NCBI GenBank assembly: GCA_963764715.1
Contig: CAVXTP010000003.1
Location: forward strand, 64,001-128,000
Source: an uncultured Acidobacteriota bacterium
Lineage (GTDB): Bacteria; Acidobacteriota; Thermoanaerobaculia; UBA5066; Gp7-AA6
Reading direction: 5' to 3'
DNA length: 64,000 bases
Shown: positions 1 to 9,160 of the stretch, in pieces
How the letters are laid out: every line of letters begins with the position of its first letter
Position numbering within the stretch: position 1 is the stretch's first letter
Translations under genes and position numbers: made by a program
The notes under the pieces: model-generated
The model's database searches: none
What the model saw: the letters and a program-made list of their open reading frames with translations, nothing else
Told to the model about the DNA's origin: nothing

Positions 1-200
1 GCCCAGCGGATCCCGGCGTCCGACGAGTAGAACGCCCGGTTGATCGACCACTCGTTGGCGGCGATGCGGGCCTCCGTCGACGTGATCAGCATCAGGGCGA
101 TCCCGATGACCGTCAGGATCGCGAGGACGAGGATCGCGACGACGAGGGCGGCGCCGCGCTCGCGGCGGTTGCGGTCGGTGGAAGTGGAAGTCATGCTCAT
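1..200 (-). CDS. pilX: PilX-like minor pilin, N-terminal part (runs off the window edge)
   Basis: Own translation from ATG at 200: MSMTSTSTDRNRRERG|AALVVAILVLAILTVIGIALMLITSTEARIAANEWSINRAFYSSDAGIRW. Prepilin-like N-terminus lacking Glu5 plus the AFYxxDAG pattern of PilX/GspK. ATGA overlap with the pilW stop. Confidence 0.8.
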   Translation of the reverse strand, partial: MSMTSTSTDRNRRERGAALVVAILVLAILTVIGIALMLITSTEARIAANEWSINRAFYSSDAGIRW

Positions 201-1585
201 CCCTGGAACGCGTAGTTGCGCAGGTTGATCTTCAGGTTCTGGACGCGCCGGCGGAACGTGCCCGGCGTGATCGGGGCCGCGGTGGAGTTCATGATCTGGT
301 AGCCCTGCGACGCCGGTCCCTTGTAGCCCGGATCCGGGTCCTTGGCCTTGGCAAGCAGCGAGATCATCACGCCGTGGAGGCGCGGGCAGTGCATCGCGAA
401 CGACGCGCCCGTGTGCCCGGGGACGAAGGGCTGCTGCTGCTGGAAGTCGGTGTCGACCGGGGCGGCCTCGGTGTCGACGTTGGGAACCCACTCGTCGCCG
501 CCGGCGACCGTCGAGACGTTCGGGTCGACGTTCAACGCGGGCGGGATGGGCGGCTGGACGGTCAGCGCGTTGTCCGTGACGCCGCCGACGATGCCGTCGA
601 TGCCGTAGGCGATCTGCATGTCCTCGACGTCCTCGGCCAGGCGCGTGACCTCGAACGCGTCGCCCCGGCGGATGCCCTGCGCGAGGAACGGGTGAATGCC
701 GGTCGGATCGACCGTCGGGTCCGTCGTGATGAAGAAGACGATGTCGTCGAGGATGCCGGCCCGCCGCACCTTCTGGATCGGCGCGGCGTTGTCGCCGAGG
801 CCCGGCGTCGAAGGAAGCTCGGTGTTGAAGCGCGGGCCGATCGTCCCGCCGAAGTCGACCGTGCCGAAGGTCCCGCCGAGGAGGTTCGTCGGCGCGGTGA
901 TCACGCCGACGTTGTACGCGGCCTGCGGATACCGGGTGACGCCGCCGGGGTTCGGGTCCGAGCAGGCGTAATGCAGGTCGGTGTTGCCGTCCTCGACGAT
1001 CACGAGCATCGGGTTGGCGCCGGCCGTCGCCGTGTACGAGTCGACGGCCGCGAACTGCGGCCGGTTGGTGGCGTCGTCGTTGACGTGCTGGCCGATGACC
1101 AGGTTGCCGACGATCGGCAGAACGTTGAGAGACTGCGAGCCCGTGCACCCGTTGCAGCCGGTCTGCTGATCGAAGCCGATGAGCGGCGACAGGATGACGC
1201 CGCGGATCTCGATCATGTCCGTGCCCGGACGCACCGTCCAGACCGTGCCGCCGGTGTCCGTCACCGTCACGCCGGCGACGTTGTCGTAGGACTGTCCCGC
1301 GGGCGCGATGCCGGGCAGGCCGCGGTCGGCGTGGTTCAGGACGGCCTGCGTCACGTAGAGGCCCCCGGCCCCGGCCATTCGGATGACGCGCGTCATCTGG
1401 TAGATGCCGTAGCGCACGGCGCCCTGGGCGTCGGCCACGTCGGTCTCGTTCTTGTTGATCCGCGCGCTCGCGTCGAAGACCGCGAGCAGGCCGAGCATCG
1501 CGACGGCGAGCAACAGCGACACGATGATCATCTCGATCAGGGTGAAGCCGGCTTCGCGCGAACGCGTCGGGTGAGGAGTCTTCAT
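197..1585 (-). CDS. pilW: PilW-like minor pilin (462 aa)
   Basis: MKTPHPTRSREAG|FTLIEMIIVSLLL class III signal; IRMAG and C-terminal LAEDVEDMQIAYGID motifs typical of PilW; lies between pilV and pilX. Confidence 0.8.
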   Translation of the reverse strand: MKTPHPTRSREAGFTLIEMIIVSLLLAVAMLGLLAVFDASARINKNETDVADAQGAVRYGIYQMTRVIRMAGAGGLYVTQAVLNHADRGLPGIAPAGQSYDNVAGVTVTDTGGTVWTVRPGTDMIEIRGVILSPLIGFDQQTGCNGCTGSQSLNVLPIVGNLVIGQHVNDDATNRPQFAAVDSYTATAGANPMLVIVEDGNTDLHYACSDPNPGGVTRYPQAAYNVGVITAPTNLLGGTFGTVDFGGTIGPRFNTELPSTPGLGDNAAPIQKVRRAGILDDIVFFITTDPTVDPTGIHPFLAQGIRRGDAFEVTRLAEDVEDMQIAYGIDGIVGGVTDNALTVQPPIPPALNVDPNVSTVAGGDEWVPNVDTEAAPVDTDFQQQQPFVPGHTGASFAMHCPRLHGVMISLLAKAKDPDPGYKGPASQGYQIMNSTAAPITPGTFRRRVQNLKINLRNYAFQG

Positions 1586-1589
1586 GGCT

Positions 1590-2114
1590 CTAGTTGCAGA
1601 CCGTCGCCGGGTTCGGGTTGCGGACGAAGCCGCTGACCCTCGCCGTGCGCGCGCCCATGCCGAGATTCGTGCCACCCGAGACCGACCGCACCGTCACGTT
1701 GATGCGCTTGAAGTCGCAGGGCAGCGCCGCGGCGACCGCGTTGAGAACGAACGCGCCCCCCGGAGCGCCCGGGGGCGTCGTCGTGAAGTTGTCGACGGTG
1801 TAGGTCCGCTCGAGCGTGTTCTTCACGCTCGAGGGCGGGATCCCCGTCACCGGGTCGGGCAGCGTCGTCGGCAGGTCGTTGACGTAGGCGCCCGAGGCGA
1901 GCTGCTGGTCTCCGAAGGGCAGGTTCATGAGCTGCTCGAGCCGGTCGCGCGCCAGGTTGTGGATGCTCGTGTACTCGTTGGCGCTGTAGTTCGACCGGAC
2001 GCTCGCGATGAAGAGGGGCGCGATGCCGAGAAGCACGATGCCGAGAAGCGCCAGGGCGATGAGCATCTCGACGAGGGTCAGGCCGGCCTCGCGCCGGCGG
2101 TTCGTCAGTGCCAT
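1590..2114 (-). CDS. pilV: PilV-like minor pilin (174 aa)
   Basis: MALTNRRREAG|LTLVEMLIALALLGIVLLG prepilin motif; LARDRLEQL helix; KRINVTV C-terminal strand; operon order. Confidence 0.75.
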   Translation of the reverse strand: MALTNRRREAGLTLVEMLIALALLGIVLLGIAPLFIASVRSNYSANEYTSIHNLARDRLEQLMNLPFGDQQLASGAYVNDLPTTLPDPVTGIPPSSVKNTLERTYTVDNFTTTPPGAPGGAFVLNAVAAALPCDFKRINVTVRSVSGGTNLGMGARTARVSGFVRNPNPATVCN

Positions 2115-2653
2115 TCCGTTCCCCTCTGCTTGGCGACGGTCGGATTCGGACCGAGGACCTCGATCTTCCCGTTGCCCGAAACCTGCACGGGCAGGTCGTT
2201 GGTCGTCCCGGCACCGATGACACCCCGAATCGTGAACGTCCCGGGCTGGGTCGCGCGGCCGTCCGGCCCGAACATGATCTGGGCCGGCTGGACCGGGTAA
2301 GGATTCGGGGGCGACGGCGGAAAATCGACGAGCGCCGGGAGCCGAAGCTCGGCCACCTTGATCGGCGTCGGAATCGTTTGCTCGAAGGTCTCGATGAGGT
2401 TGAAGCCCTGCGTGCCCGTGGCACGGCTGACGACGACGCGGGCAGGCAGGTTGCGCTTGACCGCGCGCATGCGCGCCGCCTGCAGCGTGATGGCGAGCTG
2501 CGACCCGGCGCTCTTGACCTGGTTGCGCTGCGAGATCTTGGCGAACCACGGGGCCGCCGCGAGCGCGAGGATGCCGATGATCGCCATGACGATCAGCAGC
2601 TCGGCGAGCGAGAATCCGCCGTCCCGGCGGCGTCGACACGATGCACGGAGCAT
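2105..2653 (-). CDS. fimT: FimT/FimU (GspH-like) minor pilin
   Basis: RRDGG|FSLAELLIVMAIIGIL, LQAARMRAVKRN and IMFGPDG motifs of the GspH/FimT family; first gene of the minor pilin operon. Confidence 0.8.
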   Translation of the reverse strand: MLRASCRRRRDGGFSLAELLIVMAIIGILALAAAPWFAKISQRNQVKSAGSQLAITLQAARMRAVKRNLPARVVVSRATGTQGFNLIETFEQTIPTPIKVAELRLPALVDFPPSPPNPYPVQPAQIMFGPDGRATQPGTFTIRGVIGAGTTNDLPVQVSGNGKIEVLGPNPTVAKQRGTEWH

Positions 2654-2668
2654 TTCGGGTGAACAAGG

Positions 2669-2684
2669 AGCGATTCTCGTGCCC
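2669..2684 (-). promoter_or_regulatory. Probable sigma54 (-24/-12) promoter of the minor pilin operon
   Basis: Minus strand GGGCACGAGAATCGCT: GG-N10-GC spacing with a GGCACG core, 15 nt upstream of the fimT ATG. Confidence 0.6.
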
Positions 2685-2772
2685 GCACCCAGGTGTGGGA
2701 CCTAAGCCTTTCGAATGCAACGATATGAGGGCGATGGATCGGGGGTCACAGAGCGCTTTTCGGCCGGTTTTT

Positions 2773-2787
2773 GTTACCCGGGGTAAC
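2773..2787. promoter_or_regulatory. Palindrome, candidate activator or regulator site between the divergent fimT and pilT
   Basis: GTTACCC-G-GGGTAAC perfect 7-bp inverted repeat about 90 bp upstream of the sigma54 motif. Confidence 0.35.
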
Positions 2788-2903
2788 GGATCCTGTCAGT
2801 CGCCCGGGAGCCTCCCGAGACCCCGACTGGAAGCGGAATCGACTCCGTCTCTCGACTCTCGACTCTCGCGCCGCGAGTCCCTACACTGACTCGACACACC
2901 CCC

Positions 2904-5381
2904 ATGTGGCCCACCAAACGCAAGGCATCGGGGCTCGAAGCCCTGTTCGGACGGCTCCGCGCCCGCCACTGGAAAGGCGAGGCCGAACGCGACGAGCTGC
3001 TCAAAACGCTCGCCGCGGCTCCGAATCTCGCGCCGGAAGACGTGGGCTGGATGGCGGTCGAGACCGACGCCGCCCTGCGGCAGGCGGGCCTCGCGCTCCT
3101 GAAGCGGCACCCGTACGAGGCCGCGGCGGCGGGGCTCTTCCCCTTCCTCTCCTCGCAAACCGAGGCGGTCCGCCGGCAGGCGATGCAGGCGCTCGAGCTT
3201 CTCGCCGGAGGCCAGTTTCTCGAAAAGCTCCCGACCCTGCTGTCGAACCCCGATCCGGCCGTCGTCCATGCCGCCCTGGATTACCTCAAGAGATCGCCCA
3301 ACGAGCGGGCCCTCCCCTCCATCGCGAAGGTCCTCGAGGCATCGCACTCGCCGGCGATCCGGAAGAAGGCGTTCGCGATCGCCGAGGCCACGCCGTCCCC
3401 CAAAGTGACGGCGATCGCCCTGGCCGCGCTCGAGGACGACGACGAGGACCTGCGGTACCGCGCCGTCCAGCTCCTCTCGAAGTTCCCGGACGAGGCGCAG
3501 ATCCCGGCGCTTCTGGCCCACTGCCGCAACGACTCGACGCGGGTCAAGGACGCCGCGATCGCGGCGCTCGGACCGGTGCTCGCCAAGTCGCAGAAGTCGT
3601 GGGCGGAGGACGTGCTGCCGCTGCTCTCCGACGGCAACCCCAAGGTGCGGCAGCTCGCCTCGCGCATCATCTCGACGCAGGAGCCCGGCCGCATCGCCGA
3701 CGCGTTCCTCCAGACGTTCAAGGGACAGTACGGCCCCGTCCGCGACCGGGCCGTCGAGGCCCTGCGGGAGCTCTCCCCCGAGTTCATCCGGGCGTTCCTC
3801 GCGCGGGACGCCTCCGAGGACCCCCTCGAGGCCGGGCTCGCGGCCTCGATCGCCGTGACGATGCGCTCCGCGGAGGTCGTCCCGCACTGCCTGCGCTTCC
3901 TGACGAGCGACGACTGGTGGCTGCGGGACCGGGCGGCGATGGCGCTCGCCGAGATCCGCGACGAGTCGGCGCTGCCGCAACTGCTCCAGATGCTCTCCGA
4001 CCCCGAGTCCAATCTCTCGGCGGCCGCGGCCCTGGGGGCCTGGGGATCGCCGAAGGCCCTGCCGGCGCTGCTCGACGCGTACAAGCAGTCGTCGGCGTTC
4101 GCCGACCTGCGCCTGGAGATCCTCGACGCCTTCGCGAAGATCCAGGACCCGAAGGTCGGCCCGCTCCTGCAGAAGATCGTCCAGGTCGACCCGAGCCCAC
4201 TCGTCCGCGACAAGGCCACCCGGCTCGTCCGGCAGCGCGCCGGGGAACCGGACGTCGAGCCGAGCGGGGCCCCGCGCGTCTTCGCCCCGGTCGACTTCGA
4301 TGCGACGCCGAGCCCCTCGCTGTCGGACCTGCTCCGCCACGCGCGGGCCATGTCGGCCTCCGACCTGCACCTGGGGACCGGAACCGTGCCCCGCGTCCGG
4401 ATCCACGGCCGCCTCATTCCGCTCCCGCTCCCGGAGCCCACGGCCGAGCAGATGGACGGGTGGATCCGGCCGATCCTCGGCGACGAACGGTCGGCCGAGC
4501 TCGAGACGCGCCGCCAGCTCGACTTCTGCCACAAGGACCCGGAGCTCGGCCGCTTCCGCACCAACGTCTTCTTCGAGCGCAAGGGCTTGAACGCCGTCCT
4601 TCGGCTCGTGCCCTACGAGATCCCGAACCTCACCGACATCGGCCTGCCGGAGAGCCTCTGGGAGATCACGGGATACTCGCAGGGCCTCATCCTCGTGACG
4701 GGCGCCGCCGGGTGCGGGAAGACGACCACGCTCGCGGCCCTCGTCGACCGCATCAACGAAACCGAGCGCGGCCACATCATCACCGTCGAGGACCCGATCG
4801 AGTACGTCCACACGAGCAAGGAATCGCTCGTGAACCAGCGGGAGATCCCGTCCCACTCGAAGTCCTTCGCGAAGGCCCTGCGGCAGTCGCTCCGCGAGGA
4901 CCCGGACGTCATCCTCGTCGGCGAGATGCGCGACCTCGAGACGATCTCGCTCGCCATCACCGCCTCCGAAACGGGCCACCTGGTGCTCGCGACCCTCCAC
5001 ACGACGACGGCCTCCTCCACGGTCGACCGCGTCATCAACGCGTTCCCGCCCGACCAGCAGGGCCAGATCCGGATGATGGTCGCCGACTCGCTCAAGGCCG
5101 TCATCTCCCAGGCCCTCCTGCCGCGGCGGGACGGATCGGGGCGCGTGGCGGCCTTCGAGATCCTGCGCAACACGCCGAACGTCGCGGGCCTGATCCGCGA
5201 CTCGAAGACGTTCCAGATCCCCACCGCGATCCAGACGGGCTCCGCCTCGGGCATGCAGCTCATGGACGGCGCGCTCCTCCAGCTCGTCCAGGAAGGCGTC
5301 ATCGAGCCCCGGGTCGGCTACGACAAGGCCGTGCGCAAGGAAGCGTTCGAGCCCTTCCTCGAGGAAGGCGGCGCGGCGTGA
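2904..5381 (+). CDS. HEAT-repeat / PilT-PilU family retraction ATPase fusion (825 aa)
   Basis: N-terminal ~440 aa of helical repeats (e.g. LEDDDEDLRYRAVQLL, LSDGNPKVRQLA, LTSDDWWLRDRAAMALA). C-terminal PilT domain: ASDLHL, RFRTNVF, Walker A GAAGCGKTTT, EDPIE, LREDPDVILVGEMRD, TGHLVLATLHT, GMQLMD. Confidence 0.9.
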   Translation: MWPTKRKASGLEALFGRLRARHWKGEAERDELLKTLAAAPNLAPEDVGWMAVETDAALRQAGLALLKRHPYEAAAAGLFPFLSSQTEAVRRQAMQALELLAGGQFLEKLPTLLSNPDPAVVHAALDYLKRSPNERALPSIAKVLEASHSPAIRKKAFAIAEATPSPKVTAIALAALEDDDEDLRYRAVQLLSKFPDEAQIPALLAHCRNDSTRVKDAAIAALGPVLAKSQKSWAEDVLPLLSDGNPKVRQLASRIISTQEPGRIADAFLQTFKGQYGPVRDRAVEALRELSPEFIRAFLARDASEDPLEAGLAASIAVTMRSAEVVPHCLRFLTSDDWWLRDRAAMALAEIRDESALPQLLQMLSDPESNLSAAAALGAWGSPKALPALLDAYKQSSAFADLRLEILDAFAKIQDPKVGPLLQKIVQVDPSPLVRDKATRLVRQRAGEPDVEPSGAPRVFAPVDFDATPSPSLSDLLRHARAMSASDLHLGTGTVPRVRIHGRLIPLPLPEPTAEQMDGWIRPILGDERSAELETRRQLDFCHKDPELGRFRTNVFFERKGLNAVLRLVPYEIPNLTDIGLPESLWEITGYSQGLILVTGAAGCGKTTTLAALVDRINETERGHIITVEDPIEYVHTSKESLVNQREIPSHSKSFAKALRQSLREDPDVILVGEMRDLETISLAITASETGHLVLATLHTTTASSTVDRVINAFPPDQQGQIRMMVADSLKAVISQALLPRRDGSGRVAAFEILRNTPNVAGLIRDSKTFQIPTAIQTGSASGMQLMDGALLQLVQEGVIEPRVGYDKAVRKEAFEPFLEEGGAA

Positions 5382-6514
5382 GCGCGGAGACGCCCGTGGA
5401 AGCCAAGACGAAGCTCGTCGGCGCGCTCGACGTGGTCTCGACCGGGATCAACCGGATCGACCGCTTCCTGACGATCCTTCCCAAGCGCAACGGCTCGGAC
5501 CTGCACCTCTCGGTCGGCTCGCCGCCCGTCGTGCGGATCGACGGCGAGCTCGAGCGCATGCGGTACCGCGTCCTCTCGGAAGGGGACTTCTTCAACCTCG
5601 TCGGCCCGATCACGCCGGGCCGGATCTGGGAGGCGTTCCAGGAGAGCGGAGACATCGACTTCGCGTACCAGATGGGCACCGTCGCCCGCTTCCGCGTCAA
5701 CCTCTTCCGCCAGGAGCGCGGCTCGGCGGCCGTCTTCCGGCTCATCCCGTCGCGCATCCCGACGGCCGAGGACCTGAACCTCCCGGCGCCGATCGCCGGC
5801 CTCTACGCCGAGCGGCGCGGCCTGATCCTCGTGACGGGCCCGACCGGAAGCGGCAAGTCCACGACGCTCGCCGCGGTCCTCGACCGCATGAACAAGCGCC
5901 TCGCCCAGCACGTCGTCACGATCGAGGACCCGATCGAGTTCGTCCACACCAACGACAAGTCCGTCTTCACGCAGCGCGAGATCGGCCCCGACGTGCCCGA
6001 CTTCGCCGCGGGCGTGAAGGCCGCGATCCGCGAGGACCCGGACTGCCTGCTCGTCGGCGAGATGCGCGACCTCGAGACGATGCGCATGGCCCTGTCGGCC
6101 GCCGAGACCGGCCTTCTCGTCTTCGCGACCGTGCACACCAACTCGGCGGCCAAGGCCGTCGACCGGATCATCGACGCCTTCCCCGCGGCCGAGCAGGAGC
6201 AGGTGCGCATCGTGCTGGCGGAGGCGCTTCGCGGAGTCGTCGCTCAGCAGCTCCTGCGCAAGAAGGGCGGCGGCCGCGTGGCATCCTTCGAGATCCTGCT
6301 CGGCTCGACCGCCCTCTCCAACGCGATCCGCGAGGGCAAGACCGCCATGATCAACAACATGATCGCGACGGGGAAGGGCCGCGGGATGATCTCGATGGAC
6401 CAGTCGCTGACCGAGCTCGTCAAGGGAGGGCTCGTCGAGCCGGACGAGGCGCTCGATCGCGCGATCGACAAGGAATCCTTCAAGACGATGCTCGGGGCCA
6501 TCCCGAAAAACTAG
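5378..6514 (+). CDS. pilT: PilT/PilU family type IV pilus retraction ATPase (378 aa, GTG start)
   Basis: GSDLHL, RFRVNLF, GPTGSGKST, EDPIE, REDPDCLLVGEMRD, ATVHTNSA, GMISMDQSL; GTGA overlap with the upstream stop. Confidence 0.9.
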   Translation: MSAETPVEAKTKLVGALDVVSTGINRIDRFLTILPKRNGSDLHLSVGSPPVVRIDGELERMRYRVLSEGDFFNLVGPITPGRIWEAFQESGDIDFAYQMGTVARFRVNLFRQERGSAAVFRLIPSRIPTAEDLNLPAPIAGLYAERRGLILVTGPTGSGKSTTLAAVLDRMNKRLAQHVVTIEDPIEFVHTNDKSVFTQREIGPDVPDFAAGVKAAIREDPDCLLVGEMRDLETMRMALSAAETGLLVFATVHTNSAAKAVDRIIDAFPAAEQEQVRIVLAEALRGVVAQQLLRKKGGGRVASFEILLGSTALSNAIREGKTAMINNMIATGKGRGMISMDQSLTELVKGGLVEPDEALDRAIDKESFKTMLGAIPKN

Positions 6515-6516
6515 CC

Positions 6517-6600
6517 GGGGCCAGGTCTCTCACTCGGATTTCCGCGACGACTTCGCTGGAGCCGGCCGCAGCCGAAATCCGAAAAATGAAGACCTGACCC
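6517..6600. repeat. Degenerate REP/REPIN-like palindromic element
   Basis: GGGGCCAGGTCT...GAAAAATGAAGACCTGACCC; the right arm matches the arms at 58081 and 58144; sits between convergent genes. Confidence 0.65.
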
Positions 6601-6605
6601 TCGTT

Positions 6606-8369
6606 TCAGGTGGGCAGACGCAGCGTGAAGACCGCTCCCCCGCCCGGCCGCTCGGAGACCTCGACGGTCCCGCCGTGGAGCTCGGCGATGCGGGCCACGA
6701 TCGCGAGGCCGAAGCCGGAGCCGCCGGGCTTCGAGGAGTAGAACGGCAGGAAGATCTTCTCCCGGGCCGCCGCGTCCACGCCGGGGCCGCGGTCCCAGAC
6801 CGACAGCGCGACCTCGGTCTCGCCCCGCGCCCCCGCGATCACGACGGCGTCCGGCTCGGGCCAGCGCTCCGGCGGAGTCGCCTCGGCGGCGTTGCGCAGG
6901 AGGTTCGCGAGCGCCCGCCGCAGCAGGACCGAGGACCCGCCGACCGTCGGGAACGCGCCGTCCTGGCCGACCGTGAGGCCGGGATGGGCGCGCTCGGTTT
7001 CCCCTCGCGCCGCCTCGACGACCCCGTCGAGGTCGACCCGCTCCGGCGAGAAGGCCTCCGGCCGGGCGAAGAGCAGGAAGTCGCTCGTGACCCGGCTCAT
7101 CTCCTGCGCCTCGCGGCGGATCGCGCGCACGAACTCGGCGGCCCGCTCGGGCTCCGCCGCGCGCAGGGCGAGGTCGGCGTACCCGTCGATCGCGGCCGCC
7201 GCGTTGCGGAACTCGTGGGCGGCGCCGGCCGAGACGCGGCCGAGGTCGGCGAGGTGCCGCGCGAGGGCGACGCGCCCCTCGAGGCGCCGGATCTCGGTCA
7301 GGTCCGAGAAGAGCGCCACGGCGCCGAGGAACCGTCCGTCGCCTCCCTGCGCGGGCGTGGCGGTGACGCCGAGGGCCCGCTCCTCCTCCCCTTCCCGCCG
7401 CCAGCGGACCTCGCGGCGTCCGGCGACCGTCCGGTCGCGGAGCACGTCGGCGATGAGCGCCAGGAAGTCCGGCGCGTCGGCGAGGAGGCGCTCGTACGAA
7501 TCCCCGCGGCGCTCTCCCTCGAGCTTCAGGATCTCGCGGCCGGCCTCGTTGATGTCGAGCACGCTGCCGCCCGGATCGACCGACAGCAGGCCGGTCGGCA
7601 GGTTGCGCGAGAGCGTGCGGGCCGCCGTCTCGAGATCGTCGGCGCGCTCCTTCTCGCGGCGGGCGAGACGCTCGAGCTCTCGCTCCTTCTCGTGGAGCGT
7701 CTCGATCGTCGACTCGAAGCGGGAGATCAGGAAGTGCCGCTCGTCGCCGTGCTCGGCCCCGCCGCCGGGCGCGCCCCCCGCGGCCTCGAGGAGCCGTTCG
7801 TAGGGTTTCAGGAGCGAGCGCAGGTAGAAGCCGGCGAGCACGATCAGCGCGATGGCCGACGCCGGCACGAAGATCGAGAGCCGCTGGGCGTAGGCGTTCA
7901 GCGCGGCCCCCGCTCCCGGGTCGACGGCGATCGCGTAATAGCGGCGGCCCGTCGCGAAGGTCGAGAGCAGCAGCGGCGGCCGCGACCGCCACTCGTGGAC
8001 CACGCGGCCGGCCGCCGGCCGGGGCTCCGGCAGCAACCGCGGCGCTTCCGGCGGGCCCGTCCCGGCCGAGTTCAGCCGCCGGCCGTTCTCGTCGTAAGTC
8101 GCCAGGTACGCGACGTCCGGCTCGATCGCTCCCCGCTCGAGCGCATCCTCCGATGCGCCCGGGCGCGCCGGCGACAGGGCGACCCGGCGCAGGATCTCGG
8201 CCGTGCGCCGCTCGGCCTCCTCCCGTCCCCAGGCCACCGCGCTGCGGAAGAAGAGAAGCGTCAGGAAGTTCAGGAAGAGGATGAGGAGGAGCGCGACCCA
8301 GAGGAAGAGCCGGGACTCCCGCCGGAAAGTGTGCGGAACGGACGCGGGTGCGCTCGTCGATTCGCTCAT
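6606..8369 (-). CDS. Membrane PAS-domain sensor histidine kinase, PilS/NtrB-like (587 aa)
   Basis: Two TM segments, coiled coil, PAS (LPTGLLSVDPGG..INEAG), H-box AHEFRN, N-box ALANLLRNAAEA, DRGPG, IFLPFYSSK, GSGFGL; ATGA-coupled to pilD. Confidence 0.85.
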   Translation of the reverse strand: MSESTSAPASVPHTFRRESRLFLWVALLLILFLNFLTLLFFRSAVAWGREEAERRTAEILRRVALSPARPGASEDALERGAIEPDVAYLATYDENGRRLNSAGTGPPEAPRLLPEPRPAAGRVVHEWRSRPPLLLSTFATGRRYYAIAVDPGAGAALNAYAQRLSIFVPASAIALIVLAGFYLRSLLKPYERLLEAAGGAPGGGAEHGDERHFLISRFESTIETLHEKERELERLARREKERADDLETAARTLSRNLPTGLLSVDPGGSVLDINEAGREILKLEGERRGDSYERLLADAPDFLALIADVLRDRTVAGRREVRWRREGEEERALGVTATPAQGGDGRFLGAVALFSDLTEIRRLEGRVALARHLADLGRVSAGAAHEFRNAAAAIDGYADLALRAAEPERAAEFVRAIRREAQEMSRVTSDFLLFARPEAFSPERVDLDGVVEAARGETERAHPGLTVGQDGAFPTVGGSSVLLRRALANLLRNAAEATPPERWPEPDAVVIAGARGETEVALSVWDRGPGVDAAAREKIFLPFYSSKPGGSGFGLAIVARIAELHGGTVEVSERPGGGAVFTLRLPT

Positions 8370-9160
8370 CGGGGCCACATCGAACGGTAGCGCGCCACGA
8401 TGGGATCTCCCAGGAACCAGGCCGCGATCGCGCCGAGCGCGAGGAAGACGCCGAAGGGAAGCCGCGTCTTGCCGTCTCCCCCGCGCGTCAGGATGAGGCC
8501 GAGGCCGACGACGCTGCCCGAGATCGAGCCGAGAAGGACGGTCACGACCACGCCCGCCGGACCCAGCAGCGCCCCGATCATCCCCAGCATTTTGACGTCG
8601 CCGAGGCCCATCCCCTCCTGTCCCGCGATCTTTTCGTAGGTGAAGGCCAGCAGGTAGAGCCCGCCCGCCCCGAGCAGGGCGCCGAGCGCGGCTTCGAGCG
8701 GCGTCCGCCGGACCGAGACGAACGCCAGCGCCAGGCCGACGACGATCCCGGGAAGCGTGATGACGTCCGGCAGGATCTGGTGGTCGTAGTCGATCGCGAG
8801 AAGCGCGATCGAAGCCGAGACGAGGAACGCGCCCGTCGCGGCGTCGCCCCAGGACGGCGCCGCCTTCAGGACCAGGACCCAGAGCGCGCCGTTCGAGAGC
8901 TCGACCAGCGGATAGCGGACGGCGATCGGAGCGCGGCAGCTCCGGCAGCGCCCGCCGAGCGCGATCCACGAGAGGACCGGCACGTTGTCCCGGGGCGCGA
9001 TGCGGCTCCCGCAGGACGGGCAGCTCGAGGGCGGCGAGACGACCGACTTCTCGTTCGGGAGCCGGTGGATGACGACGTTCAGGAAGCTCCCGACGACGAG
9101 GCCGAGCACGCCCGCGACGGCGAGGCCCGGGAGCGTCTGCGCCAGCGCGAGCGGCGTCAC
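8366..9160 (-). CDS. pilD: Prepilin peptidase / N-methyltransferase (A24)
   Basis: GSFLNVVIHRLP, CPSC..CRSC zinc motif, IDYDHQILPD, GMGLGDVK, LPFGVFLALG; GTG start overlapping the upstream TGA. Confidence 0.93.
   Translation of the reverse strand: MTPLALAQTLPGLAVAGVLGLVVGSFLNVVIHRLPNEKSVVSPPSSCPSCGSRIAPRDNVPVLSWIALGGRCRSCRAPIAVRYPLVELSNGALWVLVLKAAPSWGDAATGAFLVSASIALLAIDYDHQILPDVITLPGIVVGLALAFVSVRRTPLEAALGALLGAGGLYLLAFTYEKIAGQEGMGLGDVKMLGMIGALLGPAGVVVTVLLGSISGSVVGLGLILTRGGDGKTRLPFGVFLALGAIAAWFLGDPIVARYRSMWPR

Noticed and set aside
2838-2870. CTCTCGA short tandem repeat upstream of HEAT-PilT
   Set aside because: Only about three imperfect units; consistent with generic intergenic heptamer repeats, with no specific function supportable.
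2771-6514. 1247-aa ORF
   Set aside because: Only the last 378 aa (from GTG 5378) are PilT; the rest is an Arg/Pro/Gly-rich off-frame shadow of the HEAT-PilT gene.
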